Positions 1 through 13,466 of a stretch of 64,000 nucleotides of DNA are shown in pieces. Under the pieces are notes generated by a model. The model had not been told where the DNA came from. It worked only from the letters and a program-made list of their open reading frames with translations, and made no database searches. The DNA comes from the human T2T-CHM13v2.0 reference genome, Homo sapiens: assembly GCF_009914755.1 (NCBI RefSeq), contig NC_060934.1. One strand, written 5' to 3'. The number at the start of each line of letters is the position of its first letter. The first letter of the stretch is position 1. Made by a program: the position numbers and the translations under genes.

Positions 1-1920
1 ACCTTTTCATATACCTGTTGCCCATTTGTATGTCTTTAGAGAAATGTCTATTCGGGTTCTTTGCCCATTTTTTTAATTAGATTTTTTTTTTTTTTTTTTT
101 TTTTTTGCTATTCTGTTGTGTGAGTTCCTTGTGTATTTTGGATATTAACCCCTTTTCAGATATATGGTTTGTAAATATTTTCTCCCATTCCATAGGTTGC
201 TTTTTCGTTTTTTGTATTGTTTCCTTGCTATGCAGAGCTTTTTAGTTTGGTGTAATCCCACTTGTTTATTTTTGCCTTTGTTGCCTGTGCATTAGCATCA
301 TATGCAAAAACTCATTGTCAAGACCAATGTCAAAGAGCTTTCTCCCTATGTTTTCTTCTAGCAGTTTTAAGGTCTCAGGTCTTATGTTGAAGTCTTTAAT
401 CCATTTTGAGTTGATTTTTTTGTATGGTGTGAAATAAGAGTCTAGTTTTATTCTTTTGCATGTGGATATCCAATTTTCCCAACACCATTTCTTGAAGAGA
501 CTATCCTTTCCATATTGAATATTTTTGGCACCCTTGTCAAAAATTAGTTGACTGTAATGTGTGGGTTTATTTCCAGACTCTCTATTCTGTTCCGTTGCTC
601 CATGTGTCTGCTTTATGCCAGTATCATACGGTTTTGATTACTATAGCTTTGTAATATAATTTGAAGTGAGGAAATGTGATGCCTCTAGCTTTGCTCTTGC
701 TCAAGTTTGCTTTGGCTATTTAGGGTCTTTCGTAGCTACATATGAATTTTATAATTTTTTTATATGTCTGTGAAAATGCCATTGGAATTTAGATAGGGAT
801 TGCATTGAATCTGTTCAGTGATCAATTTGAGCAGCATGGACATTTTAACATATTAATTCTTCCAATCTATGAACATGGAATATCTTTCCATTTATTTATG
901 TCTAATTTCTTTCATCAGTGTTTTGTAGTTTTGTTGTTCTGGCTCAAAGAAGAGCAGTGTGTTGCTTAATTTCCACATATTTGTGAATTCTCTAATTTCT
1001 CTCCTGTTACTGATTTCTACTTTCATACCATTTGTGGTCAGAAAAGATACATGATATGACTTTAATCCTCCTAAATTAATTAAGACTTGTTTTGTAGCCT
1101 AGCATATGATCCATCTTGGAGAATGTTGTGTACACTTGAGAAGAATGTGTATTTTGCTGCTGTTGGATGAAATGTTGTATATATGTCTGTTAGGTCCATT
1201 TGGACTAGTGTTGTTCAAATCCACTGTTTCCTAATTGATTTTCCATTTGGATGAAATATCCATAGTTGCAAGTGAGGTTTTGAAGTCCCTTACTCTTATC
1301 TATTGCTATTTCTTTCTGTAGTTCTATTAATACTTGTTTTATATATTTAGGTGTGCTAATGTTGATGCATATATATTTACAGTTGTTATGTCTTTGGTAA
1401 ATTGATATCTATAGTTATAATATAATGACCTTCTTTATCTCGAAAGTTTTTTACTTTAGTCTATTTTGTCTGATATAAGTATAGCCCCCCCTGCTCTCTT
1501 TTGGTTACCATTCATATGGATTATCTTTTTATATCCCTTCACTTTTAGCCTATGTGTGTCCTTAAATCTAAAGTGAGTCTCTTGTAAATATCATGTAGTT
1601 GGATCTTATGTTTTTACTCTATTTAGTCACTGTATGTATTTTGATTGGATAACTTAATCCATTTACATTTAAAGAAATTATTGATAGGTAAAGGGCTCAC
1701 TGTTGCCATTTTGTGATTGTTTTCTGACTGTTTTATAGTTCATCTGTTTCTCTCTTCCTCTCTTGCTTCCCTCCCATGTGATTTGATCATTTTTTGTAGT
1801 GATATGCTTTGTTTCTTTTCTGTATATATTTTGCATATCTACTACAGATTTTTGCTTTGTTATTACCATGAGGCTTACACAAAACATCTTATAACGTTCT
1901 ATTCTAAGTTGATAACAACT

Positions 1921-2261
1921 TAGTCCATTTGGGATGCTATTACAAAATACCCTAAACTGGGTAGCTTATAAACAACAGAAATATATTTCTTGTAGTTCTG
2001 GAGGCTGGCATGTTGAAGATCAAAGTGCTAACAGCATCAGTGTATAGCGAAGTTTCATTTCCTTGTTCATTTATTATATCTTATCACATGGTAGATAGGG
2101 CAGGGCAGCTCTCTTTATATAAAAGTGCTAATCCCATTTATGGAGCTTTACCCTTTTGACCTAATCATACCCCAAATGCCCCACCTCCTAATACTATGAC
2201 ATTGGTGAATAGATTTCAATGTGTAAATTTTGGGGGGTACGTAAACATTCAGACCATAGCA
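1921..2261. mobile_element. MaLR LTR (MLT1A/MST-like)
   Basis: tagtccatttgggatgctattacaaaatacc...attcagaccatagca termini typical of MaLR LTRs. Confidence 0.75.
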
Positions 2262-2466
2262 ACAACTTAACTTCACGCACATTCAAAAATTCTGCAGTTT
2301 TATTCTCTCCTTCCATGTTTTATGTTATTGATGTCACAGTTTACATTTCTTTATATTGTATATCTATTAACAACTATATAGCTATGGTTATTGAAGCTAG
2401 AGTTGTTTTTAATACTTTAGTCTTTTAACTTCAGTAGAGTTCAAAGTGATTTATGCACAGCTAATA

Positions 2467-2826
2467 CAGATGCTCCTCAACCTATGATGGGTTTACATCC
2501 CTATAAACCCAATGTAAGTTGAAAATATCATAAGCTAAAAATGCCTTTAATGCAACTAATCTATTGAATTTCAGAGCTTAGCCTAGCCTGTCTTAAACAT
2601 GCTTATATCACATTAGCCTACAGCTGGGCATGAGAATCTAATACAAAGCTTATTTAATAATAAAGTGTTGAATATCTCATATAATTTATCAATACTGTAC
2701 TAAAAGTAAAAACAGGATGGGTGTATGGTTACTTGAAGTATGGTTTCTACATGATGTGTTTTGCTTTTGCAGCATTGGAAAGACAAAAGATCTTAAGTAA
2801 AACCATTGTAAGTCAAAGACCACCTG
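2467..2826. mobile_element. MER47A-like Tigger MITE
   Basis: cagatgctcctcaacctatgatgg...gaccacctg flanked by TA on both sides; 360 bp. Confidence 0.8.
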
Positions 2827-3162
2827 TAAATTATTCACATATTCTGGATTTGACTATACACTTACTTTTACCAGTGAGTTTAAAGAATGTCCTTTCATTT
2901 CAACCTGAAGTATTCCTTTTAGCATTTCTTGTAAGGCAGGTCTAGTAGTGATGAACACTGTCATTTTCATGTGTCTCAGAAAAGTATTTATCTTTTCTTC
3001 TGAAGGACAGCTTTGCTGGATATAATATTTGTGGTTGGCAGTTTCTTTCTTTTAGCACTTTGATTATATTATCCCACTCTTTCCAGGCCTGCAAGGTTTC
3101 TGGTGAGAAATCCACCAGATGGTCTTATGGACATTTCTTTGTATGTAATGAGGTGCTTTTCC

Positions 3163-3296
3163 GTGTGTGTGTGTGCATGTGTGTGTGTGTATGTACATGT
3201 ATACATGTACGTACATATATATGTATGTACATGTATACATGTACGTACATATATATGTACGTACATATATACATGTACATACACACACGTATATAT
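3163..3296. repeat. Alternating purine-pyrimidine (TG/TA/CA) microsatellite at the L1 tail position
   Basis: gtgtgtgt...atgtacatgtatacatgtacgtacatatat repeats seen directly. Confidence 0.95.
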
Positions 3297-3575
3297 CAAT
3301 AGCTTTTGGAGTACAAGTAGATTTTGGTTACATGGATTAATTGTGTAGTGGTGAAGTCTGAGATTTTAGTGCACCTGTAACCCAAGTAGTGTACATTGCA
3401 CCCAATATGTAGTTTTTAAAAATCCCACATCCTCCTCCCACTCTCCCCTCTTCTGAGTCTCCAGTATCCATTATACCAATCTGAATGCCTTTGAATGCTC
3501 ATAGCTTAGCTTCCACTTACAAGTGAAAACATAGATATTTGGTTTTCCATTCCTGACTTACTTCACTTAGAATAA

Positions 3576-4129
<554 letters not shown>

Positions 4130-7100
4130 CTCCATCTTCATTTCTGATTTAGCTTATTTGAATGTTCTCTCTTCTTTTATTGGTAAATCTAGCTAATGGT
4201 CCCCTGAGTTTATCTTTTCAAGGAAGCAACTTTTTGTTTCATTGATCTTTTGCATTTTTTGTTTCAATTTCATTTATTCTGCCTTGATCTTTGTTATTTT
4301 CTTCTGCTAGCTTTGGGTTTGGTTTGTTCTTGCTTCTCTAGTTCCAGGAGGTGTGACTTTAGGTTGTCAATTTGTCATCTTTCAGACTTTTTGATGTAGA
4401 TATTTAGCACCACAAACTTTCCTCTTAGCACTGCTTCTGTTGTATCCCAGAGGTTTTGATAATGTGTGTCACTGTTATCATTCGTTTTGAAGAATTTTCA
4501 AATTTCTATCTTGATTTCATTGTTAACCCAAAAATCAGTCAGGAGCAGACTGTTTAATTTCCTTGTTTTTATATAGTTTTGAGGGTTTCTTTTGGAGTCG
4601 ATTTCTAGTTTGATTCTGGTGTAGTCTGAGAAGATACTTGATATGATTTTCATTTTTAAAAATTAATTGAGACTTATTTTGTGGCCTATCACATGGTCTG
4701 TCTTAGAGAATGTTCCATATGCTGATGAGAAGAATGTATATTCTGCAGTTCTTGGGTAGAATGTTCTATAATTATCCGTTAGGTCCATTTGTTCTGGAGT
4801 GTAGTTTAAATTCAGTGTTTCTGTGTTGACTTTCTGCCTCAGTGATCTGTCTAGTGCTGTCAGTGGAGTATTGAAGTTCTCCAATATCATTATGTTGCTG
4901 TCTATCTCTTGTCTTAGGTCTAGTGGTAATTGTTTTATGAATCTAGGAGCTTCAGAGTTATGTGCATATATATTTAGGGTTATAATATCTTCCTGTTGGG
5001 TCAATCCTTTTATCATACTTTCTTTGTCTTTTTGTTTGTAAACTGTTTTTCTTTAAAGTTTGTTTTATCTGATATAAGAGTAGCAACTTCTGCTTGCTTT
5101 CGGTTTCTATTTGTGTGGAGTATCTTTTTCCACCCCTTTACCTTGATTCTATAAGAATCCTTTGTATTAATTAGCTCAGCTTCTTGAAGACAGCAGACAT
5201 TTGGTTTGTGATTTTTTTTTTAATCCATTCTGCCAATCTGTATCTTTTAAGTGGAGCATTAGGCCATGTACATTCAACATTAATATTGAGGTGTGACCCA
5301 ATCATCATGTTGATTGTTACCTGGATACTTTGTTTTTTTTATTGTGTTATTGTTTTATAAGCCCTGTGAGTTTTGTGTTTTTGAGAGGTTCTATTCTGTT
5401 GCATATTGACCTTTTATTTCAGCGTTTAGAATTCCTTTTAGCATTTCTTGTCGGGCTGATCTGGTAGTGGCAAATTCCTTCAGCATGTGCTTGTCTGAGA
5501 AAGACTATATCCCCTTCATTTATGAAACTTAGTTTTGCTGTATACAACGTTTTTGGCTGAGAGTTATTCTGTTTAAGGAGGCTAAAAATAGGGCCCCAAT
5601 CCTTTCTGGCTTATAAGGTTTCTGCTGAGAAGTCTACTGTTAGTCTGATAGCTTTTCCTTTGCAGGTTATCTGATACTTCTGTCTTACTGCTCTTAGAAT
5701 TCTTTCCTTCATGTTGACATTAGTAATAGCCTGTTGACTGTATGCCTTGGAGATGTCCATTTTGCCATGAATCTCCCCGAAGGGCTTTGACCTTCTTGTA
5801 TTTGGATGTCTAAATCTCTGGCAAGGCTAGGGAAGTCTTCCTCAATTATTCCCTCAAATAAATTTTCCAAAATTTTTACTTTTTCTTCTCCCTCAGGAAC
5901 ACCAGTGATTCTTAGCTTTGGCCATTTTACATAATCTCATATTTCTTAGAGACTTTGTTCATTTCTTTTAGTTATTTTTTCTTTATTTTTGTCTGACTGG
6001 GTTTATTCAAAAGCCTTGTCTTCGAGCTCTGAAATTCTTTATTCTACTTGGTCTAGTCTGTTGTTAAAACTTTCCACTTGTTTTGTAACTCCCTAAATGT
6101 GTCTTTCATTTCTAGAAGTTCTGATTGTTTTTTTTTCCTCTAAAGTATCTATCTCTTTAGAAAAATTTTCATTCATATCCTGAATTTTTAAAAAACTTTC
6201 TTTATATTGGTTTTCACCTTTTTCTTGTATCTCCTTGGGTAACTTAATAATCAACCATTTGGATTCTTTATTTGGTATTTCCAAGATTTCATCTTAGTTT
6301 GGATCCATTGCTGGAAAGCTAATGTGATCTTTTGGGGGTGTTATAGAACCCTGTTTTGTCATATTGCCAGAATTATTTTTCTGGTTCCTTCTCATTTGGA
6401 TAGACTGTTTCTTCTAATTATTTTTGAATTTATTTTTGATTCAACCGTTTCTTTCTAATTTCCTTTTTTCCACCTTATGGATGTGACTTCAATGATTATA
6501 GCTTATTGTAACCTAATTTGGCTCTGGGTGCTTTTGGCGGTGAAGACTCTGTATAAGTTCCTTGGTTATAGAGAGTCTTTGTATGATGGTTTTCTCAGAT
6601 GTAGTAGCAATGTGCTTGGTGTGTGAGCAGGTTGACTGTCTCTTGTGGGGTTGGAATGGCAAAAGTCTCTGAAGCTCATCCCCAGTGGTGTGCACTTATT
6701 TATTTATTCATTTGTTCATTCATTCATTCATTCATTCCTCCAGTATTACTGGGTTGAACAGTTCAGGCTTCAAGTCAGTATGGGAGTTGTCCCTGGGTAA
6801 AAACTGGGTGTGCCTAAAACAGGTAGATAAATACAATACCTAATGGAGGGCAGAGGTCCCAGCCTTGACGTAGGCGGCTGGAGAAGCTGTCATTGAAAAA
6901 CACTGAGGTCTTTTCAGGGGGAAGGAAGGGGCTACCCCAGCTCCCATCCCAGGCCAGCAGGAGAAAAAACTGCCTCCCATTCACACTCCTGACCCAGTGT
7001 TCTGTCCATTCAAACCAGGCAGACACCACTTTCCAGCTGCAGAAATACTGATGTTCCATGTAGAGAGGGATTATAATTACCCCTCATGCAAGCCTGAACC

Positions 7101-7834
7101 TTGAGGGCACTTGTCCTATGAGGATGCAGTCACCCTGAAGTGTTCTAGAAAGGCTGTCTACAGATGCACCCATGCCACGCTCTTGTGGGAGAAGCCCAAG
7201 CTGTAGCTGCAGTGGTGGGTGAGGAGGAAAAGTCTCCTTCTCCAAGACCTGTCACAAGCACCAGGGATGCCTGACTGTTGTAGTAGAGCCACAGACTTTC
7301 CCTTCTGAGTTCAGCATTGCACCTGTGCCTCTGCTGAAAAAAACTTCCCACAAGCAGAAAGCTATGGGACTCAAGCTTTGCCATCTGGATTCTTTTGTCC
7401 CATGGGTTACTCCTTTGATGTGGTGCACTCCCCCTTCCCCTAGGAGTAGGAGCCCTGAGGGCCAGACTGTTGTGAATGCTGCTGCTTCTCTGGGTCTAGC
7501 CACCCAGTGGGGCTGCCACACTCCAGGAAAGTGCCGGGGAATGTCTGCAGGGGGTCCAGTGATGCGACCTGCCCTCAAATTTCCAGCAGTAGGTACCAGC
7601 ATCTGTTCTGATGGGGGTGGCAGGGAAGTGACATAGACTCTGTGAGATTCCTTATAAATAGCCTTAGTGTGTTGGCTTTCTCACACACTAGCTATAGTAG
7701 GAATGAACTGGTCATGTGGACAGACTCAGGACCTACTGATTAGCTGGGGGTAATGCAGGCAGTGGTGACAGATGGGGTCATGCGTAAGTTTTCTCCTTCC
7801 TGGGTGCTATGTTATTCTGCCAGCAGATGCTGTA

Positions 7835-7933
7835 ATGGACTGTGTTGGTTGGCCTCCAGGCAGGAAGTGGCACTTGGAAAAGAACACCAGCTGCGGTGGT
7901 AGCAGTGGGATTTGTGCTTCTTATGTTACCCAG
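7835..7933 (+). CDS. CASP7: Alternative upstream coding exon adding MDCVGWPPGRKWHLEKNTSCGGSSGICASYVTQ (33 aa) in frame to Met1; 336-aa isoform
   Basis: ATG at 7835 (gtaATGg), 99 nt open, donor cag|gtgagg at phase 0 matching the cag|ATG acceptor at 13357; peptide matches my recollection of the long alpha-prime isoform; 5' boundary of the exon not determined. Confidence 0.85.
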
Positions 7934-9001
7934 GTGAGGTACTCTGGTGTCTCAGACAATGCGTGAGGCCATAGAGCTTCCCAAAGTTTCTGTCCTTTGT
8001 GTTAAGCTATGGAGTAGGGGGTAAAGGGGCAAAGCCAGGTGGGGGCTGGGTCACGTAAGTACATGCTATGGCTCTCCATGTGTGGGCTCAAGCAGAGGCC
8101 CCAGTGGGGATAAGAGGGCAGTCCTCTTGCCGCAGGGGTAATGTTCCAGGGAGGAGTGCAACTGCCTGTGCTGCACAGAAAGTCCACACAGGGAGTGGGG
8201 AGTAGCAGGTGACAGTAAGCTCTGCCCAGTTCCCATGCACTTGGCAAGGTAGGTCTCACACCGGTAGTGTTCCACTAGTAGCAGCTAGCTAGGTTCCAGG
8301 CATTCTGCTCTCAGAACTCAAAACTGCCCCAGGCCATAAGCCTTCCCAGTTGAGACATACCATGGCTTTCAGGCCACGCCCCTTCTGGTCTGCCTGAGAA
8401 ACAAAGGTACCCAGCTCTTGTGCTCGTGAGTATAACCCACTGCCCACTCACCCCTCGGTTCTGGCCAAGGGGGTTCATCGTCACTCGAGATTATATCACA
8501 AATGTCAATTGGGAACCTCTCTCAACCTATGACAGACTACTGAGTTTGCTGGAAGATGTCCACAAGGTCACCTGTGAGGTAGGACCTGGAATGACTTCCT
8601 TCTATCCCTGCTGGAGACCGAGAGCACATGCAATGCACATCCCAATGCTATTCCTTCTCATGTATTCCCCAGTGCTCACTAAATCAGCTTCAGTGCTGGG
8701 TAGGGTTAAGACCTTTCCCTGTGGCCTGGATTGCCAAGTTCTCCAGTGGGAATGTATGTCCCAGAGACAGTTTATCCCCCTCACACTCCAGGGACTTAGA
8801 ATTTTCTACCTGGTTCACAGTATAGGCTGCAGCCCACCACTTCTTTCAAAGGCTCTGTGGTTTCTTTCAGTTTTCCTATTAAGTTCCTGTGTTGCTTCTT
8901 GGAAAAAAGTACACAGCATGAATCTCTACACACTATTTTATCTTCCCAAGTGAGAGAGGCATGCTAACAATGCCTCCAATCTGCCATCTTGGAAAAAAAT
9001 C

Positions 9002-10620
9002 AGTTGCTTTTCTTTTGCTGCTTTCAAGATTTTCTCCTTATCTGTTTTGACTCTTACCAGTGATTGTAATGTGTCTCAGTGAAGACCTATTTATGCCCAA
9101 TCTGTTTGGGGTTCTTTGGGCTTCATGAATCTAGATGTTCCTTTCCCTCTCCAGATTTGGGAAGTTTTCTGTCATAATTTCTTTAAATAAACTTTCTACC
9201 CTTTTCTCTTTGCTCCTTCTGAGACACCGATACTGCATATATTGGTTCACTTGATGGTGTCCAATAAATTGCATAGGTTTCTTCACTCTTTTTCATTCCT
9301 TTTTCTTTTTGTTCCTCTGACTGATTAATTTCAAATGATCTGTTTTCAAGTTCACTGACTCTTTCTTCTGATTGATCAAGTCTACTGTTGAAACTCTCAA
9401 TTGAATTTTTTATTTCAGACATTGTATTCTTCAGCTCCATAATTTCTGTTTCGTTCATTTATTGGTTTTTATTTCTTTGTTGAACTTCTCATTTTGTTTA
9501 TTTGTTGTTTTTCTGATTTCATTTATTTGTCTGTCTGCTCTCTTGTTCCTCACTGGGCTTTTTTAAGATGATTATTTTGGATTCTTTGTCAGGTAATTCA
9601 TAGATCTCCATTTCTTTGGGATCAGCCACTGGAGCTTTATTTTGTTCCTTTGGTGGTGTCATATTTCCTTGATTATTTGTGTTCTTTGAAGCCTCGCATT
9701 GTGTGTTCACACTTGAAGAAGCAGTCACCTCTTCCCGTCTTTATTGACTGGCTTTAGGAGAGAAAGACCTTTGCCAGTGAGCTTAGCTAGAGATTCTGGG
9801 GATCTCTCACACTTTTTCTCTAGATATACCTGCTCCACACCTCTTGTTCCCTCTTTGGGATTATATGTGTTCTCTCAGTCCTGCAAAGGCAGACCTTGTG
9901 CTAAAAGCCTCCTGCTTATTCCTTAGGGTAGTACCCTGAAATGTTCAAAGTTATATGTCTTCTCTCAATCCATCAAAGTTGAGCTGGCTGCTAATATCCC
10001 TACCTGCTGTTGAGATCCAAGCATTGTCTGTGGTTGTGTACAGACTGTTGTGCACTGAGGTACATATCAGCTGGTTGAAGGGGTACATAGGCCAGTTGTC
10101 CTGCAGGGTTTATGGGAGGGACTTAGGGTAGCATCCATGAGCTGGGTAGCAGAATCTATAGCCGGCTTTTGATAACCATACACTATTTGCACTCCTGCTG
10201 CTGCTTCTCCTTGCTCCTGGCTGCCCCAGACGATTCAGCCGTACTATTCCCCTCAGTGTTCTGGGTGGGATGAAACAGAAGTGGGTCTCCTAGACAACAT
10301 CCTTTTGGGCTGGGAAAGCTGGGTGCTCACTTCACTCTCACTTCCCCCATGGGAGAATTGTGAGCTGGAGGGACCTCTCTTGGAACTGAGCTGTGCCACC
10401 TTAGGGGAGGGGTGATGTGGGTAAAGTGAGCTGCTCTTATTATACTCTTTGATGCATCCACTCTTCGATTTTTTGCTCCACCAGTGTGCTGAAACCTCTC
10501 AGTGGACTCCTGTGGCCTCACAAAAGTATTCTTGTCCATAGGTGTAGTTGCCAAAATCAGTATTTCTATATAAGAATGAAAACTGGAACCTCCTATTCCG
10601 CTATCACACTGACATTTCTT
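9002..10620 (-). mobile_element. 5' part of the old L1 (ORF1 and 5'UTR)
   Basis: ORFs 9183..9458 and 9519..9728 translate to L1 ORF1p coiled-coil-like sequence (SFNSRLDQSEERVSELENRSFE). Confidence 0.85.
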
Positions 10621-11375
10621 CTTTCTTTTAAAAATAGTGGTTATATTGTGTTGTCATCATATACCCTAGATTGAGCCTTTAAGATTAACTTTAGCAAAAG
10701 GGCCAACTTGATTAACACCACATATCAAAGTTAGTGTCTTTGTCTGGTGGATTTTTTTAAAACTTTGACTTACTAGTTTTGAAAATATGTGAGTGTGTAT
10801 TGTGTTAATAACAGTCTATATTGGAAAGTAACTAAGTCTATGTAAAGGAGACAAGAGAGGCTATCAGGTATTTTCTGCATGTGTGGCCTTATGCTTATCT
10901 CCTCTGTGAGTTATCTCCATTTTTGAGAAACTTTGGGTTCTAATCTGAAAAATCTGCCTCCCAACCAGAAACACATTGGTGATGATGAAGGGAGGCTCAT
11001 GATGTGTTGAGAAACAAGGTGACCATCTGACTTCCCATGGTCATTGTAGAGACCTGGCAGTAGGACTTTCCCTTCTTAGCTCCCTCCCCTCTTCCCAGTT
11101 CACCCTCAGATAAGCTGGAAGGTGACACCATAATGCCATTCGGAGTGCAAGGCCACTAGGTTGTCACTTTGCCTCCTTGGACACCTCCTTCTGAACTGCA
11201 TTCCTTCTCCCCACCTCCAAAAGTTATTACTTGTGCTCAGCGGCACAAAATATTCTGTAAAGTAGATGCCTTCTTGTTTTCCAACTTAATGACAGCATCC
11301 CTGGGTGAGCCCTAACTGGAATACAGAACTGCACCTGACAACCGCGGCCTGCTCAGTGAAGTTGCTCAGGGATTG

Positions 11376-12009
11376 TATCAGAGGCATTTGAACCGGAGCA
11401 ACTCCATATTGAATAGGGGCTGGGTAAAATAAGACTGAGATCTACTGGGCTGCATTCCCAGGAGGTTAAGGCATTCTTAGTCACAGGATGAGGTAGGAGG
11501 TTAGCAGAAGGTAGAGGTCATAAAGACCTTGTTGATAAAACAGGTTGCAGTAAAGAAGCCAGCCAAAACCCAGCAAAACCAAGATGGTGACAAGAGTGAC
11601 CTCTGGTCACCCTCACTGCTCATTATACACTAATTATAAGCCATTAGCATGCTAAAAGACACTCCCCCCAGCACCATGACAGTTTGCAAATGCTATAGCA
11701 ATGTCTGGAAGCTACGCTATATGGTCTAAAAAGGGGAACTTCCTTAGTTCCTGGAATTTCCCACCCCTTCCTTGGAAAACTTGTGAATAGTCCACCCCTT
11801 GTTTTAGCATATAATCAAGAAATAACTATGAGTATCCCTAGTCCAGCAGCCTAAGCTGCTGCTCTGCCTATGGAGTAGCCATTCTTTTATTCCTTTACCT
11901 TATTAATAAACTTGCTTTCACTTTACTCTATGGACTCACCCTTAATTCTTTCTTGCGCGAGGTCCAAACCCTCTCTTGGGGTCTGCATCAGGACCCTTTT
12001 CTAGTAACA
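11376..12009 (+). mobile_element. MER41 (MER41B-like) ERV1 solo LTR
   Basis: tcagaggcatttgaaccggagcaactccat...aataaacttgctttcac...ctagtaaca; 634 bp; 4-bp flanks attg/gttg. Confidence 0.9.
11748..11756 (+). promoter_or_regulatory. GAS (STAT) motif TTCCTGGAA in the MER41 LTR
   Basis: Exact TTC-N3-GAA; second degenerate site TTCCTTGGAA (N4) at 11768-11777. Confidence 0.6.
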
Positions 12010-12050
12010 GTTGGGACCAGGTAGAAATTGGAGTCTGAAGTTTCTCTTTA

Positions 12051-12403
<353 letters not shown>

Positions 12404-12644
12404 TGATTCTAATACTGGCTCTGCCTTGGGCCAGCCACATCACCTTTAGCTAATTCTTTCCCCTTAGGGTGTGTGTTTCATCCAGCCTTCCATTCAATTA
12501 AATATTTTAGTAAGCACCTTCTGTGTTCCAGCTACCTCTGCCATAATGAACTTATATTGTCTTATAGGAGCCAAACAGCAGAGCGCAAATAAACAAGCCA
12601 CATACGAAGGCTATGCGGGAAATGAAGGCAGAGGGTGGGGGTGG

Positions 12645-12806
12645 AAAGGGCCAGGTAGTAAATATTTTTGGCTTTGTGGCCATCACTCAACTCTGCTCGT
12701 AGAGAGGAAACAGCCATAGGCAATACATAAATGAATGGACATGGCTGTTTTCTAGTACAACTCTATTTACTGAAACAAGTGTTGGGCCATAGTATGCTGA
12801 TTCCCA
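12645..12806. mobile_element. MER58A-like hAT MITE
   Basis: aagggccaggtagtaaatatttttggctttgtggcc...actcaactctgc motif. Confidence 0.7.
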
Positions 12807-13356
12807 GACTAGATCAGAAAGGGCCTTAAAATCCAAGGAGATGGCTTTAGATTTGTACTTATAGTTAATGGGGATCTCTTGAAAATTCTCAAGCTGGAAT
12901 GTAATTTGATGGAAATCTATTTTGTGTAGAACCGTGTAAAAGCATCTGACATAGAAAGAGAGCCTAATACCCCAGGTTGTCGCTGCTTTTGAATTGCGTA
13001 TGAGCACTTTGTGACCTGCTAGGAATTTAGGGGGAAATTTTCATTGTTGTAAACCTTGACAGACCTTCCACTGTTTCTTGTATGCAGTGAACATACAACA
13101 AAATTGTGGTTACTGGATTAGAAGCTCCCTGAGGGCAAGGACTTTGTTTTCTTTGTTGCCATATATGTAGTCTCTGGGATGTAAGCATATTCACATATTT
13201 GAATGCATTAATGGGGCGGTAACCCTGAAGCTTAAATATGCAAAACTTCTCACCCCTAGGCGTAATGGAAAACTGTATCACCTAATGAGTGTCATTTAAA
13301 AATATCACAGTATCAGTGATGCCACTGACCTTGTGGCTTTTTTTCTCTCTTCCCAG

Positions 13357-13466
13357 ATGGCAGATGATCAGGGCTGTATTGAAGAGCAGGGGGTTGAGGA
13401 TTCAGCAAATGAAGATTCAGTGGATGCTAAGCCAGACCGGTCCTCGTTTGTACCGTCCCTCTTCAG
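13357..13466 (+). CDS. CASP7: Caspase-7 coding exon 1 (aa 1-37, N-peptide MADDQGCIEEQGVEDSANEDSVDAKPDRSSFVPSLF)
   Basis: Polypyrimidine tract + cag|ATG at 13357; donor cttcag|gtaagt after 13466; 110 nt, phase 2; manual translation matches caspase-7 N-terminus including the DSVD/A cleavage site. Confidence 0.98.

Larger units (their letters stand above)
1..3161 (-). mobile_element. Old L1 (L1M-type) ORF2 fragments, interrupted by MLT1 and MER47
   Basis: T-rich reverse complement of L1 ORF2; continues at 9002 after the nested L1. Confidence 0.85.

Noticed and set aside
8420-8953. 177-codon + strand ORF
   Set aside because: Starts at GTG within the L1 5'UTR antisense strand; no recognisable protein or clear splice link
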